Below are positions 18,861-28,053 of a stretch of 64,000 nucleotides of DNA, piece after piece; position 1 is the stretch's first letter; each line of letters begins with the position of its first letter. The notes beneath the pieces are model-generated. The model saw only the letters and a list, made by a program, of their open reading frames with translations, did no database searches and was not told the DNA's origin. This DNA is from Candidatus Harrisonbacteria bacterium. Its GTDB lineage: Bacteria > Patescibacteriota > Minisyncoccia > UBA6257 > 1-14-0-10-44-23. Position numbers and translations under genes: made by a program. The DNA is taken from assembly GCA_023255625.1 (NCBI GenBank), contig JAHFLF010000001.1:431771-495770 (forward strand), given 5' to 3'.

Positions 18861-18941
18861 TTTAGAATTCCGCAGTTTGTGTTTTTGCGGCCGGGCTCAT
18901 CCTTCGGAATGGCCGAAAAACACAAACTGCGGAATTCTAAA
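18861..18941. repeat. long hairpin H3 (GGGCTCA-loop family)
   Basis: tttagaattccgcagtttgtgtttttgcggcc [gggctcatccttcggaatgg] ccgaaaaacacaaactgcggaattctaaa. Tandem with H2. Confidence 0.7.
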
Positions 18942-19040
18942 ATCTGCTTGCGCGCTTATTTTGTTTGGTATATAAAGAAACTGTTGGCTACCATCAAGTT
19001 CTGTCTGGTGACAGAGGGAGGTGGGGCTACATTTCAGGAG

Positions 19041-19763
19041 ATGGAGGATTTGATGCTTAGCTGGAGCAATATCGGTGTCCCGGTGCAGGATGTTCAGGTA
19101 GTGGGGCCGGAAGTCTTCCTGAATGTCCCAGTATTCCGGCAGACGAGCGCTGCCGGAAGAGCTCGTCTTGCCGAATGCGGCTGTGTTCGGCGGCTGAACC
19201 GAGGAGAGAGGGTCTTCCGGATCGGCGATCCGGTGGAGAAGCTGGCCATCGTTCTGGATGGTCGCATCCAGTGCGGCCGCGAGAACCGCGGGCGACCATG
19301 GGTCAGCACCATCACGGAGGTTGGTGGAGTCGTGTCTCTCGCTGGATGCCTGGTCGGAGGGAATTGGCCGGCGGGTGCCATCGCGCTCACCGCGGCCTCG
19401 GTGGTGGAGATTCCTCGCGATGTCTTCATGACGCTGATTCACGAGGATCGTGAATTGGTAGAGGCGCTTCTCCTTGCGGTTGCACGGGAGGCGCTCGACG
19501 CCGAGGCGATGTGCGCGGCATTCGCACTTCAGACCCCAGAGCAGAGGGTCGCCGCGTTCCTGATTGGACTGGTAGGCGAGAGTGACTCTGCCGTGCTGCC
19601 AGATACACAGGCGCGCCTGGCTGCACAGCTCGGGACCGTTCGCGAGTGCTTTGGGAGGGCCATGCGCAGTCTCGTGGATAAAGGGGTGATCACTCGCTCG
19701 GGGATTTACGGCAAGAGCTTCCGGATCATCAACCGCGAGTATCTCGAGCTGCTCGCGAGCTGA
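19041..19763 (+). CDS. Crp/Fnr family transcriptional regulator (cNMP-binding + C-terminal HTH)
   Basis: cNMP-binding beta-roll pattern (FRIGDPVEKLAIVLDGRI) and HTH (TQARLAAQLGTVRECFGRAMRSL). Start taken at MEDLMLS, preceded by AGGAG; the track ORF's N-terminus is translated through hairpins H2/H3. About 65% GC, unlike neighbouring genes. Confidence 0.75.
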   Translation: MEDLMLSWSNIGVPVQDVQVVGPEVFLNVPVFRQTSAAGRARLAECGCVRRLNRGERVFRIGDPVEKLAIVLDGRIQCGRENRGRPWVSTITEVGGVVSLAGCLVGGNWPAGAIALTAASVVEIPRDVFMTLIHEDRELVEALLLAVAREALDAEAMCAAFALQTPEQRVAAFLIGLVGESDSAVLPDTQARLAAQLGTVRECFGRAMRSLVDKGVITRSGIYGKSFRIINREYLELLAS

Positions 19764-19883
19764 TCTCGTAGCGCTCTGGGCTACACGCACAACTACGGGT
19801 TCGTAGCAGGTGGATGATCCACCGCTTTGAACCCGCGTTCTTTTTTACAAAAAATTCGATTCTTGCTAGGATAGCAGCACTTT

Positions 19884-20933
19884 ATGAGGAATCCTTTCAG
19901 GTTTTTTCGGCACAATATTGGTATTGATCTTGGTACAGCCAACACGCTTATTTATTTAAGCGGCCGGGGAATTGTCATCAACGAGCCGACTGCTGTGGCT
20001 GTTAATACAAAAACCAATAAAGTTGTTGCTATCGGACATGAGGCCAAGCAAATGCTCGGGCGAACGCCGCAACATATGAATGTGGTCAAGCCGCTTAGCG
20101 GTGGCGTGATCAGTGACTTTGAAATGGCGCAGGAGATTTTGCGGCAGTTTTTAAAAAAGTTGGCTAAAGATAATACTTTTGCTTATTACCAAAATGCGGT
20201 GGTTGGCGTGCCGGCTGATTTAACGGAAGTTGAACGCAAGTCGGTTGAGGACGCGGTTATCGGTGCCGGCGTGAGTCAGGCCTATGTGATTGAGTCGGCG
20301 CTGGCCTCGGCACTGGGTGCAAGACTACCGGTTGGCGACCCGGTTGCCAACATGATTATTGATATTGGCGGCGGCACAACAGAGATCGCGATTATTTCCA
20401 TGGGCGGCGCGGTAACCATCAAGAGTTTAAAAATTGGTGGCGATAAATTTAATGAGGATATCATTAAGTTTGTGCGGGACGAGTTCCAGTTGATTATCGG
20501 TGAGCCGACTGCCGAGCAGATTAAAATCGAGCTGGGCAGCGCTATTCCGATAAATGATAAGCTGGAGCTGGCTATATCCGGCCGCGATCTGCTGACTGGT
20601 TTGCCCAAAGAGGTCATTCTAAAAGATATGCATGTTCGTGCCGCAATTAATAAATCGCTGCGGCAGATTGTGGACGCTGCGAAAGAGGTGATTGAAAAGG
20701 CGCCGCCGGAGTTAGCCGGCGATCTGCTCCGGCGCGGAGTTTCGATGTGCGGCGGCGGCAGTTTATTGCGTGGAATCGATCAGCTGATGAGCAAGGAGCT
20801 GGCGACAACGGTCACGGTGGTTGACGATCCTTTAACTTGTGCGGCGCGCGGAGCCGGTATCGCCGTAGAAAATTTAGAAAAATACGATTATATTTTAAAT
20901 AGTCCGATGCGGCCGAGAGACATCAAATTGTAA
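19884..20933 (+). CDS. mreB: rod shape-determining protein MreB/Mbl paralog
   Basis: IGIDLGTANT N-terminus and MreB blocks. Second copy in the window, followed by mreC/mreD/PBP2. Confidence 0.85.
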   Translation: MRNPFRFFRHNIGIDLGTANTLIYLSGRGIVINEPTAVAVNTKTNKVVAIGHEAKQMLGRTPQHMNVVKPLSGGVISDFEMAQEILRQFLKKLAKDNTFAYYQNAVVGVPADLTEVERKSVEDAVIGAGVSQAYVIESALASALGARLPVGDPVANMIIDIGGGTTEIAIISMGGAVTIKSLKIGGDKFNEDIIKFVRDEFQLIIGEPTAEQIKIELGSAIPINDKLELAISGRDLLTGLPKEVILKDMHVRAAINKSLRQIVDAAKEVIEKAPPELAGDLLRRGVSMCGGGSLLRGIDQLMSKELATTVTVVDDPLTCAARGAGIAVENLEKYDYILNSPMRPRDIKL

Positions 20934-20934
20934 T

Positions 20935-21032
20935 TTTAAATTTCTAATTTCTAATTTTCAAACAATGATGCAATGTCTTAATTGGAAAATTTTAAAATTG
21001 TTTAGAAATTGTAAATTGTAAATTGAAAATTA
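20935..21032. repeat. GAAATT-type AT-rich module as an inverted repeat pair ('empty cassette' configuration)
   Basis: aatttctaatttctaattttcaaacaatg ...25 nt... ttgtttagaaattgtaaattgtaaattgaaaatt. The inner part reads as the mini-ORF MMQCLNWKILKLFRNCKL*. Confidence 0.7.
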
Positions 21033-21791
21033 TTGTACCCCATGCCACGGTCTCCATTAATTATTGCCCTTGCAACTTTCAGCTTTCTTTTTGTTGTCGG
21101 GCAATTTTTTTTCGTGCCGAAAACTGCATTGAATTCAGTCGTGCTGACTGCGCTTTCTGCTCCGCGCGTTTTTTTTAGCGCATTGCGTAATAAACATAAG
21201 CTTGTAACTCAACTTAGTGATCTGGCCATAGAAAATCAGGCCTTGCGCGGGGAGCTGGCTGGCGCTCTTTCCCTGCCAAGAATTATTGAAGAGAGCAAAC
21301 AAGAGTATCTGCGGGCGATTGTCTATTCTTCTTATCCTTTAACCAGTGCTAAAACTCTGACGATCGGAGCTGGTGCAGCGCAGGGTGTTGGCTTAGGAAT
21401 GCCCGTGGTGGTTAAGCCGGGACTTTTTATCGGTGAGGTGTGGCGTGTTTTTGGACAGCAGAGTAGCGTGCATACCGTTTTTGACAGTGCGGAGTCTGCC
21501 ACCAGCACTGTTTGGCAACTTTCTGTTAAGGTCGGCAAAAATAATACAGATGCGCTGCTCATTGCCGGTCTTGAGCCGCGACTGACTATTATTTCCAGGA
21601 AAAAAGGTGTGACTGTTGGTGATGAGGTTCGGCTGGCCGGAAAACAGTATCCATATGGGCTCTCGATTGGCACAGTGGGCGCGGTCATTGACGATCCAGG
21701 GAATATTTTTTTGGAGGCGACTCTGGCTGTTCCCTATTCAATCGCCGATTTAGACGAGCTTTTTGTGATTCTACCAAAAAAGCCATTATAA
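21033..21791 (+). CDS. mreC: rod shape-determining protein MreC
   Basis: N-terminal TM, coiled-coil, C-terminal beta-rich MreC domain pattern. Position directly after mreB. Confidence 0.7.
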   Translation: MYPMPRSPLIIALATFSFLFVVGQFFFVPKTALNSVVLTALSAPRVFFSALRNKHKLVTQLSDLAIENQALRGELAGALSLPRIIEESKQEYLRAIVYSSYPLTSAKTLTIGAGAAQGVGLGMPVVVKPGLFIGEVWRVFGQQSSVHTVFDSAESATSTVWQLSVKVGKNNTDALLIAGLEPRLTIISRKKGVTVGDEVRLAGKQYPYGLSIGTVGAVIDDPGNIFLEATLAVPYSIADLDELFVILPKKPL

Positions 21792-21799
21792 ATTCTGTT

Positions 21800-22267
21800 A
21801 TGACGAGCTCTTCCAGATTGACCGTAACCGCTTTCATGGCCATCGTGCTTGCATCCGCGCTTAGCCGAATGCCCATACTGACTATTGGGCCGGTTCAGCC
21901 AAATCTGGTGCTCATTGTACTTTTAGTTACGGGATTTTTTACCGGTAACGCATTTTTTTTCGGATTACTCGTGGCGCTTGCCGCAATGTTAGTTCGTCAG
22001 ACACCCGTCCTTTTTGATGTTTTTTCAGTCGGGACGGCGGTTTCTGCGTTTGCCGCTTTTTTCATTAAGCAACATGTTGTTTGGCCGGATCGCTTGGGCG
22101 TTGTGTTGCTCATAATCTGCGCAACATTTTTTTTACACCTGATCGTTGCGCCGGGTTTTATTTTGGCTCATTTTGGCATGTTTGCTCTTGAGGTTGTTTT
22201 GAGTATTGTAATCGGTTTAATTTTGTTCGAATTGTTCTCGTTAGTTGTGGGTCGGCGTCATGAGTAG
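21800..22267 (+). CDS. mreD: rod shape-determining protein MreD (multi-TM membrane protein)
   Basis: Five or six hydrophobic helices. Synteny mreB-mreC-[this]-PBP2. Confidence 0.5.
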   Translation: MTSSSRLTVTAFMAIVLASALSRMPILTIGPVQPNLVLIVLLVTGFFTGNAFFFGLLVALAAMLVRQTPVLFDVFSVGTAVSAFAAFFIKQHVVWPDRLGVVLLIICATFFLHLIVAPGFILAHFGMFALEVVLSIVIGLILFELFSLVVGRRHE

Positions 22268-22270
22268 TAG

Positions 22271-22495
22271 AGCTACGAATAACGAATTATTACGAAAGTA
22301 CGAATAATACGGGAATGACAAAAAAGCCCGAGAGCTACGAATAACGAATTATTACGAAAGTACGAATAATACGGGAATGACAAAAAAGCCCGAGAGCTAC
22401 GAATAACGAATTTTTACGAAAGTACGAATAATACGGGAATGACAAAAAAGCCCGAGAGCTACGAATAACGAACTAATTACGAAAGTACGAATTAA
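22271..22495. repeat. 62-nt tandem repeat x3.7 (agctacgaataacgaattattacgaaagtacgaataatacgggaatgacaaaaaagcccgag)
   Basis: Three near-identical units plus one diverged unit between mreD and PBP2. The same unit flanks the GxxExxY gene at 26509. Confidence 0.85.
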
Positions 22496-22501
22496 GAATC
22501 A

Positions 22502-24367
22502 ATGAGAAAAAAACCAGAATTACTTTTTGAAGAATTTGCCACTGACGCCCGCGGAACTAGCGAGATGGATTATTTGGAGGTTCCGGTAGCTTCTTCAATG
22601 TTTGCAATAGCGGGCATTGCGGTTTTGGTTATTTTAATCAGTCTGTTTTTGCGGATGTCCTATCTGAATATCGGTCAGAAGCAGTTTTATTCAGCGCGGG
22701 CGCAGCGCAATGTGAATTTGGAGCGGCCGTTACCTGCACAACGCGGAATAATTACCGACCGATACGGAGAGGTTTTGGCAAAAAATACCGACACATTCAG
22801 CGTTTTCGCGGATGCGGCCGCACTTTTAAAAGATCGCCAACTTTTGAGCGAGACATTTAGCCAGCTTTCTGATGCGCTGGGAGTTCCGGTTGAAGAGCTC
22901 GAGCAGACTTTAGCCGCCGGTGATTACGAGCAGGCGGCCGAGGTGCCGATTGTCCGCAATATTAGTCCGGAGCAGGCGATTGCAGTGCGAGGATTGAATT
23001 TAGGGACGATTACAGTAGCTAATGATCTTCGGCGTGAATATATTGATGGCGAGATTTTTGCGCAGGCGCTCGGTTATACTGGCGTTGATGATCGGCGCGG
23101 AGCGATTGTCGGTAGAGCCGGACTTGAGCGCTCTTATGACGAGGTGCTGCGCGGAAGCGACGGATCCTTTGTTACAAGCCGCGATGCTCGGGCCAATGTG
23201 CTGGATGAACACATTGCCGCCCAGCCAATTTCCGGAAAAAAGCTGGTCACGACGCTAGACGCCGGGCTGCAAAGATATTTTGATTCAAGATTGCGCAGCG
23301 GGCTTCGCTCGCTCGGCGTAACCGTTGGCGTTGGTGTTGCGATGGATCCTAAAACTGGCGAGGTGCTTTCACTTGTGAGTATTCCAAGCTATGACAACAA
23401 TCTTTTTGTGACACCTGGGAAAAGTAAAGAGCGAGCGGCTTTAGTCAATGATTCTGTGCGCAAACCGCTTTTTAACCGAGTTGTCTCTGGCGCATATAAT
23501 CCCGGCTCGACTATCAAACCGCTGGTCGCTTTAGCCGCGCTCCACGAGGGAGTAATTACGCCAACAACGCTGGTCTATTCAAAAGGATATATCGAGGTCC
23601 CTAATCCATATGTGCCAGATAAGCCGACTCGGTTTGTTGAGTTTAATCAGCAGGAGTTAGGGTTGCTCACAGTTCGCTCTGCGCTGGCGCGGTCAAGCAA
23701 TGTATTTTTTTACAGCGCCGGTGGTGGGTTTGGCGATATTAAAGGACTGGGAATTGAACGGCTTTATCAGTATTGGCAGCAATTTGGTTTTGGAAAAAAG
23801 ACCGGCATCGGTTTAGAGCCGGAACAGCCGGGTTTTCTGCCGACGATCGAAGAAAAAGAAACGAGAACCAGGCAGCCCTGGCGGCTTGGTGATACTTTCA
23901 ATGTATCTATCGGGCAGGGTGATTTATTGGTAACGCCGATACAACTGATAAATCAAATTGCTTCGATTGCTAACGACGGCCTACTTTTGAAACCGCGCCT
24001 GGTTCGTTCGGTTGGTGGTGCTGCCGCTTCGCCGCCGGAGATACTGGAAAATTATAGTAGTTGGCAAATGGAGCTGGGCGAGGTGCAAGCCGGTATGCGC
24101 GACGGCGTAGTTAAAGATTACGGCCGCTCTCACGCATTAGCCGATTTGCCTTTTAGCGCAGCCGCAAAAACCGGTAGTGCGCAGATCCAAAATAATACAA
24201 AAACCAACGCACTTTTTGTTGGTTATGCGCCATATGAGGATCCACGCATTGTTATTTTAGTACTGATTGAGAACGCAAAAGAGGGGAGTTTGAATGCAAT
24301 TCCTATTGCCAAAGATGTTCTGAATTGGTATTACGAAAATCGGCTGGGCAAGCAGGATACGGAATGA
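22502..24367 (+). CDS. mrdA: penicillin-binding protein 2 (peptidoglycan D,D-transpeptidase)
   Basis: N-terminal TM, dimerisation domain, transpeptidase motifs STIK, SSN (in RSSNVFF), KTGSA. Confidence 0.85.
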   Translation: MRKKPELLFEEFATDARGTSEMDYLEVPVASSMFAIAGIAVLVILISLFLRMSYLNIGQKQFYSARAQRNVNLERPLPAQRGIITDRYGEVLAKNTDTFSVFADAAALLKDRQLLSETFSQLSDALGVPVEELEQTLAAGDYEQAAEVPIVRNISPEQAIAVRGLNLGTITVANDLRREYIDGEIFAQALGYTGVDDRRGAIVGRAGLERSYDEVLRGSDGSFVTSRDARANVLDEHIAAQPISGKKLVTTLDAGLQRYFDSRLRSGLRSLGVTVGVGVAMDPKTGEVLSLVSIPSYDNNLFVTPGKSKERAALVNDSVRKPLFNRVVSGAYNPGSTIKPLVALAALHEGVITPTTLVYSKGYIEVPNPYVPDKPTRFVEFNQQELGLLTVRSALARSSNVFFYSAGGGFGDIKGLGIERLYQYWQQFGFGKKTGIGLEPEQPGFLPTIEEKETRTRQPWRLGDTFNVSIGQGDLLVTPIQLINQIASIANDGLLLKPRLVRSVGGAAASPPEILENYSSWQMELGEVQAGMRDGVVKDYGRSHALADLPFSAAAKTGSAQIQNNTKTNALFVGYAPYEDPRIVILVLIENAKEGSLNAIPIAKDVLNWYYENRLGKQDTE

Positions 24368-24391
24368 TTATTTTCAGGTAAAATCAATATT

Positions 24392-24850
24392 ATGGTTGAT
24401 CCGGAAATTTTGACGCTACTAACCGCCGCCGCACCAATTTCGGAGCTGCGCGGAGCAATTCCGCTAGGGATGAGTTTGGGGTTAACACCGGCCGCGGTTT
24501 ATTTTTGGGCTGTGCTCGGTAATATGCTGCCGATTCTGCCGCTACTTTTGTTTTTGAAGTACGGTTCTAGGTGGGCGATGGCACATCTGCCGATCATAAA
24601 AAGGATTTTGAATTGGGTTTTCGCTCGGACGCGGGCCAAGCATGGGCAAAAGTTCGAACAGATTGGTTTTTGGGCGCTCCTGGTCTTTGTGGCAATCCCT
24701 TTGCCTCTAACCGGCGGCTGGACCGGGGTTGTAATCGCGTATTTGATTGACATGCCGATAAAAAAAGCATTTTTTGCTATACTAGGAGGAGTGCTTCTGG
24801 CCGGGTTAGCCGTACTGGCTTTGACTTTTGGGTTAATAAAACTTTTTTAA
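24392..24850 (+). CDS. small multi-TM membrane protein (possibly COG2426 / small multidrug export-like)
   Basis: Four hydrophobic helices; family assignment from memory only. Confidence 0.45.
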   Translation: MVDPEILTLLTAAAPISELRGAIPLGMSLGLTPAAVYFWAVLGNMLPILPLLLFLKYGSRWAMAHLPIIKRILNWVFARTRAKHGQKFEQIGFWALLVFVAIPLPLTGGWTGVVIAYLIDMPIKKAFFAILGGVLLAGLAVLALTFGLIKLF

Positions 24851-24855
24851 TCGAT

Positions 24856-25602
24856 ATGAAACTATTAGTTGCAAACTGGAAGGAGAATCCGATTATGTTA
24901 GAAGATGCTTTAACGCTAGCAAAACAAGTTGACCATCAGGAGGTTGTTATTTGCCCGCCGCATATTTTTACCGCGGCAATCAGCAAGGTTCTAAAAAAAG
25001 CGTCCACAGGGGCTCAAGATGGATTTTATGAACCGCATGGGCCGTTTACCGGATATGTTTCGATGGCACAGCTCGCCGCTGTCGGGGTAAAACATGTTAT
25101 TATTGGTCACTCGGAAAGGCGGGCTCTCGGTGAGGAGGAAACTGTGATTGCCCGGAAGATAGCTGCCGCTTTTGAAGCCGGACTCACGCCGATAGTTTGC
25201 ATAGGAGAGACAGCCGAGGAGCATAAGCAGGGCAAGGTAAAGGAGGTTGTCGATCGACAGGTTCGCAGCGCATTTTCTCTTTTGCCCGCCGGGAGCGTGG
25301 CCACAAGCCGCGAAGCAATTATTTGTTATGAACCGGTTTGGGCGATCAGCACAAATCAAGTTCCGGGCATGGAAACTGCAGATACGCCGGAACAAGCCCA
25401 AACCGTAGCTCGTTATCTGGAGGGGATTGTGCGCGGCATGCCTGTAACTTCGCGTTTTATCTATGGCGGGTCGGTGAATCAAGAAAATCTGGCTGCGTTC
25501 CTGATTTGCCCGGAGTTTTCCGGTGTACTGGTGGGTGGTGCCAGTTTACGCGTCCCAGAGTTTAAGAAGATGATTAAAATTGCCGAGCATATTTTGATGT
25601 AA
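24856..25602 (+). CDS. tpiA: triose-phosphate isomerase
   Basis: VANWKEN, IIGHSERR, CIGET, YEPVWAIST, GGSV motifs. Confidence 0.9.
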   Translation: MKLLVANWKENPIMLEDALTLAKQVDHQEVVICPPHIFTAAISKVLKKASTGAQDGFYEPHGPFTGYVSMAQLAAVGVKHVIIGHSERRALGEEETVIARKIAAAFEAGLTPIVCIGETAEEHKQGKVKEVVDRQVRSAFSLLPAGSVATSREAIICYEPVWAISTNQVPGMETADTPEQAQTVARYLEGIVRGMPVTSRFIYGGSVNQENLAAFLICPEFSGVLVGGASLRVPEFKKMIKIAEHILM

Positions 25603-25678
25603 CGCTCCGCAAGATTTATCGTCTTAATATATACTTAGGGTATTCTCTGGATTATTAAATAATTACTAACTAAATTTT

Positions 25679-26452
25679 ATGGCAACACAAGATTATTCGG
25701 TTAAGGGGGTATTCTGGTATTTAGTTAACGGTGTTTTAGTTGTTACAACTGTTTTTGGTTTGATCGGTATCGGCACGATGGTACGGTACAGTAATGCAAT
25801 CGCTCCGACCCGGACAATCCAGGTCTCCGGTGAGGGTAAGCTGGATACGCGTCCGGATATTGCGACGATTACGGCTTCAGTAATAACTCGTGGTGCGGAT
25901 GCGGCCAAGGTACAGCAGGACGGTACAACTAAGATGAATTCTGTGATTGCTTTTGTGAAAGCCCAGGGTGTTAAGGAGCAAGATATTCAGACAACCAGTT
26001 ACAATGTTTATCCGACGAATCGTTGGGATCCAAAAAGCGGCGAACAGATTCTGACCGGCTATGAGGCAAGTCAAAGTATAACGATTAAAGTGCGCGGCAT
26101 CGATAAGAGTACAGATAAAGTTAATGCAATTGCCGGCGGTATAGTGCCTGCCGGAGCGAATCAAGTTTCCGGCGTTCAGTATATGATTGAGAATCCGGAG
26201 GTACAACGCGCAGCAGCCCGGGCGCAGGCCTTTGATAACGCGGCGATGAAAGCCAGAGAGATGGCCAAACAAAACGGAGTTCGTATTGCCCGAGTGATTA
26301 CCTTCTCGGAGTCGAATAGCTACGGCGGGCCAATCTATTACGATCGCGCTATGGTCGCCGGTAAAGCAGGCGAGGTTGCTCCGATGCCGACGATTGAGCC
26401 GGGGACAGAAGAGGTGCGGGTCAGTGTCAGTGTGACTTACGAAATCCGGTAG
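25679..26452 (+). CDS. SIMPL domain (DUF541) protein
   Basis: N-terminal TM followed by the conserved SIMPL pattern (RTIQVSGEGKLDTRPDIATI...). Confidence 0.7.
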   Translation: MATQDYSVKGVFWYLVNGVLVVTTVFGLIGIGTMVRYSNAIAPTRTIQVSGEGKLDTRPDIATITASVITRGADAAKVQQDGTTKMNSVIAFVKAQGVKEQDIQTTSYNVYPTNRWDPKSGEQILTGYEASQSITIKVRGIDKSTDKVNAIAGGIVPAGANQVSGVQYMIENPEVQRAAARAQAFDNAAMKAREMAKQNGVRIARVITFSESNSYGGPIYYDRAMVAGKAGEVAPMPTIEPGTEEVRVSVSVTYEIR

Positions 26453-26508
26453 AGCTACGGATAACGAATCAATCCGCCGGCTGGCGGAACGAAAGTACGA
26501 ATAAAGAA
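26448..26508. repeat. diverged single unit of the 62-nt 'agctacgaataacgaa' repeat (left flank of GxxExxY cassette)
   Basis: agctacggataacgaatcaatccgccggctggcggaacgaaagtacgaataaag, directly before the ATG at 26509. Confidence 0.65.
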
Positions 26509-26904
26509 ATGGAACTGGCGAAGGTGAAACGAAAGGATTTGATATACCCAGAACTAAGTTATCAGATTCTTGGTTGTGCCTTTGCTGTTTTCAATGAGAT
26601 TGGTCCAGGACAGCTAGAGAATGTGTATCATAAAGCGCTGATGATCGCGCTCAAAAATGATGGAGTCGGTGCGGTTACTCAAGCATATAGCTCTATTCAT
26701 TTTCAGGGCGAGGTAGTTGGCAAGAATTTTTTCGATATTCTTGTAGATGGGAAAATTATCGTTGAGCTAAAAAGGAATTCTTCCTTCTCACGCGACCATA
26801 TTGCGCAGGTTACGAGATATTTGAAAGCGAGTAATCTTACATTAGCTCTCTTAGTTAACTTTGGTACTAATGGTGTACAATGTAAGCGTATTTTGAATCT
26901 ATGA
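26509..26904 (+). CDS. GxxExxY family protein (23S rRNA intervening-sequence protein-like, PD-(D/E)xK-related)
   Basis: N-terminal ELSYQILGCAFAVFNEIGPGQLENVYHKAL contains the G-x-x-E-x-x-Y signature; typical ~130-aa size. Confidence 0.75.
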   Translation: MELAKVKRKDLIYPELSYQILGCAFAVFNEIGPGQLENVYHKALMIALKNDGVGAVTQAYSSIHFQGEVVGKNFFDILVDGKIIVELKRNSSFSRDHIAQVTRYLKASNLTLALLVNFGTNGVQCKRILNL

Positions 26905-27008
26905 ATTCGATTCGTGCTTTCGTAAAAATTCGTTATTCGTAGCTCTAGGGCTTTTTTGTTATCCCCGTATTATTCGTACTTTCGTAAAAATTCGTTATTC
27001 GTAGCTCT
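26905..27008. repeat. 1.6 inverted units of the 62-nt repeat (right flank of GxxExxY cassette)
   Basis: Reverse complement reads agagctacgaataacgaatttttacgaaagtacgaataatacggggataacaaaaaagccctag agctacgaataacgaatttttacgaaagcacgaa. Confidence 0.8.
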
Positions 27009-27278
27009 ATGCGTTTTTTCCTCGCACTCTTCCTAACAGTGATTGTTGTTTTCCTGGGTATCCAGGGATACCGGCTTTTCAAGCAGCAAAAAGAGTTTGC
27101 GGAGCGAGCCGCTACTCTTGAACAAGAGCAGAGCGGGCTTGCATCCGAAAATGCGAAGCTGAATCAGGATATTCAGTTTTATCAAAATTCGGAAAATGCG
27201 ACAAAGGAATTACAGTCAAAAGCAAATTATCGTAAGCCAGATGAAAAAATGATTATTTTGGTGCCGGCCGAGCCCTAA
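27009..27278 (+). CDS. septum formation initiator family protein (FtsB/DivIC-like)
   Basis: N-terminal TM, coiled coil, C-terminal YRKPDEKMIILVP block. Confidence 0.5.
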   Translation: MRFFLALFLTVIVVFLGIQGYRLFKQQKEFAERAATLEQEQSGLASENAKLNQDIQFYQNSENATKELQSKANYRKPDEKMIILVPAEP

Positions 27279-27515
27279 CTTTCTCTCGCGACGCTGTAGA
27301 TTTCATCTTGAGACCAATGCTTGCCATTTGAAGCCTAACGTTAGCATAACAAAAAACGAGAGATAGCCCGTGCTTCGCTTCCTTCTTCGCTAAAGCTTCG
27401 AAGGACAAGCAAGCTACGCAGGGCACTTCTTCGTTTGCATATTAAATTATTTGAAATGCGAACACTATTTTTTAATGTGCTTGCACTTCGTAGCTCCGAT
27501 AGGAGCGAAGAAGTG

Positions 27516-27586
27516 AGCGGGCGAGGAGAATCGAACTCCCGTATATAGCTTGGGAAGCTATCGTACTACCACTGTACTACGCCCGC
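27516..27586 (-). tRNA. tRNA-Gly (anticodon CCC)
   Basis: Hand fold: acceptor GCGGGCG/CGCCCGC, D-arm GTAC-AGTGGTA-GTAC, anticodon arm ATAGC-TTCCCAA-GCTAT, T-arm GGGAG-TTCGATT-CTCCT. CCA not encoded. Confidence 0.85.
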
Positions 27587-27864
27587 GGATAAAATTTTTT
27601 CAAATAGCCCTCCAGCCTTCGCGAAATATATCCTCGACCAAAACCAGTTTTCAACTGGAGTTCACGCTTCCGCGCATCAGTCTTATTCAAACATACTTCA
27701 TAATATACAAGATGAACAGTATCAAATTTTTTAGTTGTCTGCACATTCTTGTCGCGATGTGCCTGCAAACGTTCATCAAGATTGCTGGTGCTGCCAACAT
27801 AAAATTGGCGACTACCCCGACCCACATCGATGCACAAAAGAATGTAGGTATAGTAGAAATTCAT
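27577..27864 (-). CDS. GIY-YIG nuclease family protein (95 aa)
   Basis: YYTYILLC..GR..YVGSTSNLDERLQAH matches the GIY-YIG motif. Last three codons overlap the first 10 nt of tRNA-Gly. Confidence 0.75.
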   Translation of the reverse strand: MNFYYTYILLCIDVGRGSRQFYVGSTSNLDERLQAHRDKNVQTTKKFDTVHLVYYEVCLNKTDARKRELQLKTGFGRGYISRRLEGYLKKFYPRA

Positions 27865-27990
27865 ATTGATTATTTATTGCCCGCCAAAAGCTTCGCATTT
27901 AGGCGGGTCCGCCTTAATGTCCGCACGGCGGACCTTGGGCGGAGGAAGGTCGCGCCCGCCTGCAACGCCTGTGCGTAGCACTGCGGGCAG

Positions 27991-28014
27991 GTACTACCAC
28001 TGTACTACGCCCGC
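27991..28014 (-). repeat. 24-nt direct duplicate of the 5' end of tRNA-Gly
   Basis: gtactaccactgtactacgcccgc is identical to 27563..27586. It lies about 400 bp upstream (in tRNA sense) and brackets the GIY-YIG gene plus a ~120-nt GC-rich hairpin segment. Confidence 0.8.
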
Positions 28015-28053
28015 AATGGTATGCTTACTATATCGTAATTTTTTTTCCAGTCA

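Noticed and set aside
18840-19040. Long N-terminal extension of the Crp/Fnr ORF (MANRYLWFRIPQFVFLRPGSSFGMAEK...)
   Set aside because: It is translated straight through the two H2/H3 hairpins. A proper AGGAG-ATG start exists at 19041.
27550-27978. Track ORF 27550..27978 (+) and 27866..28057 (+)
   Set aside because: Overlap tRNA-Gly and run antisense to the well-supported GIY-YIG gene; no motifs.
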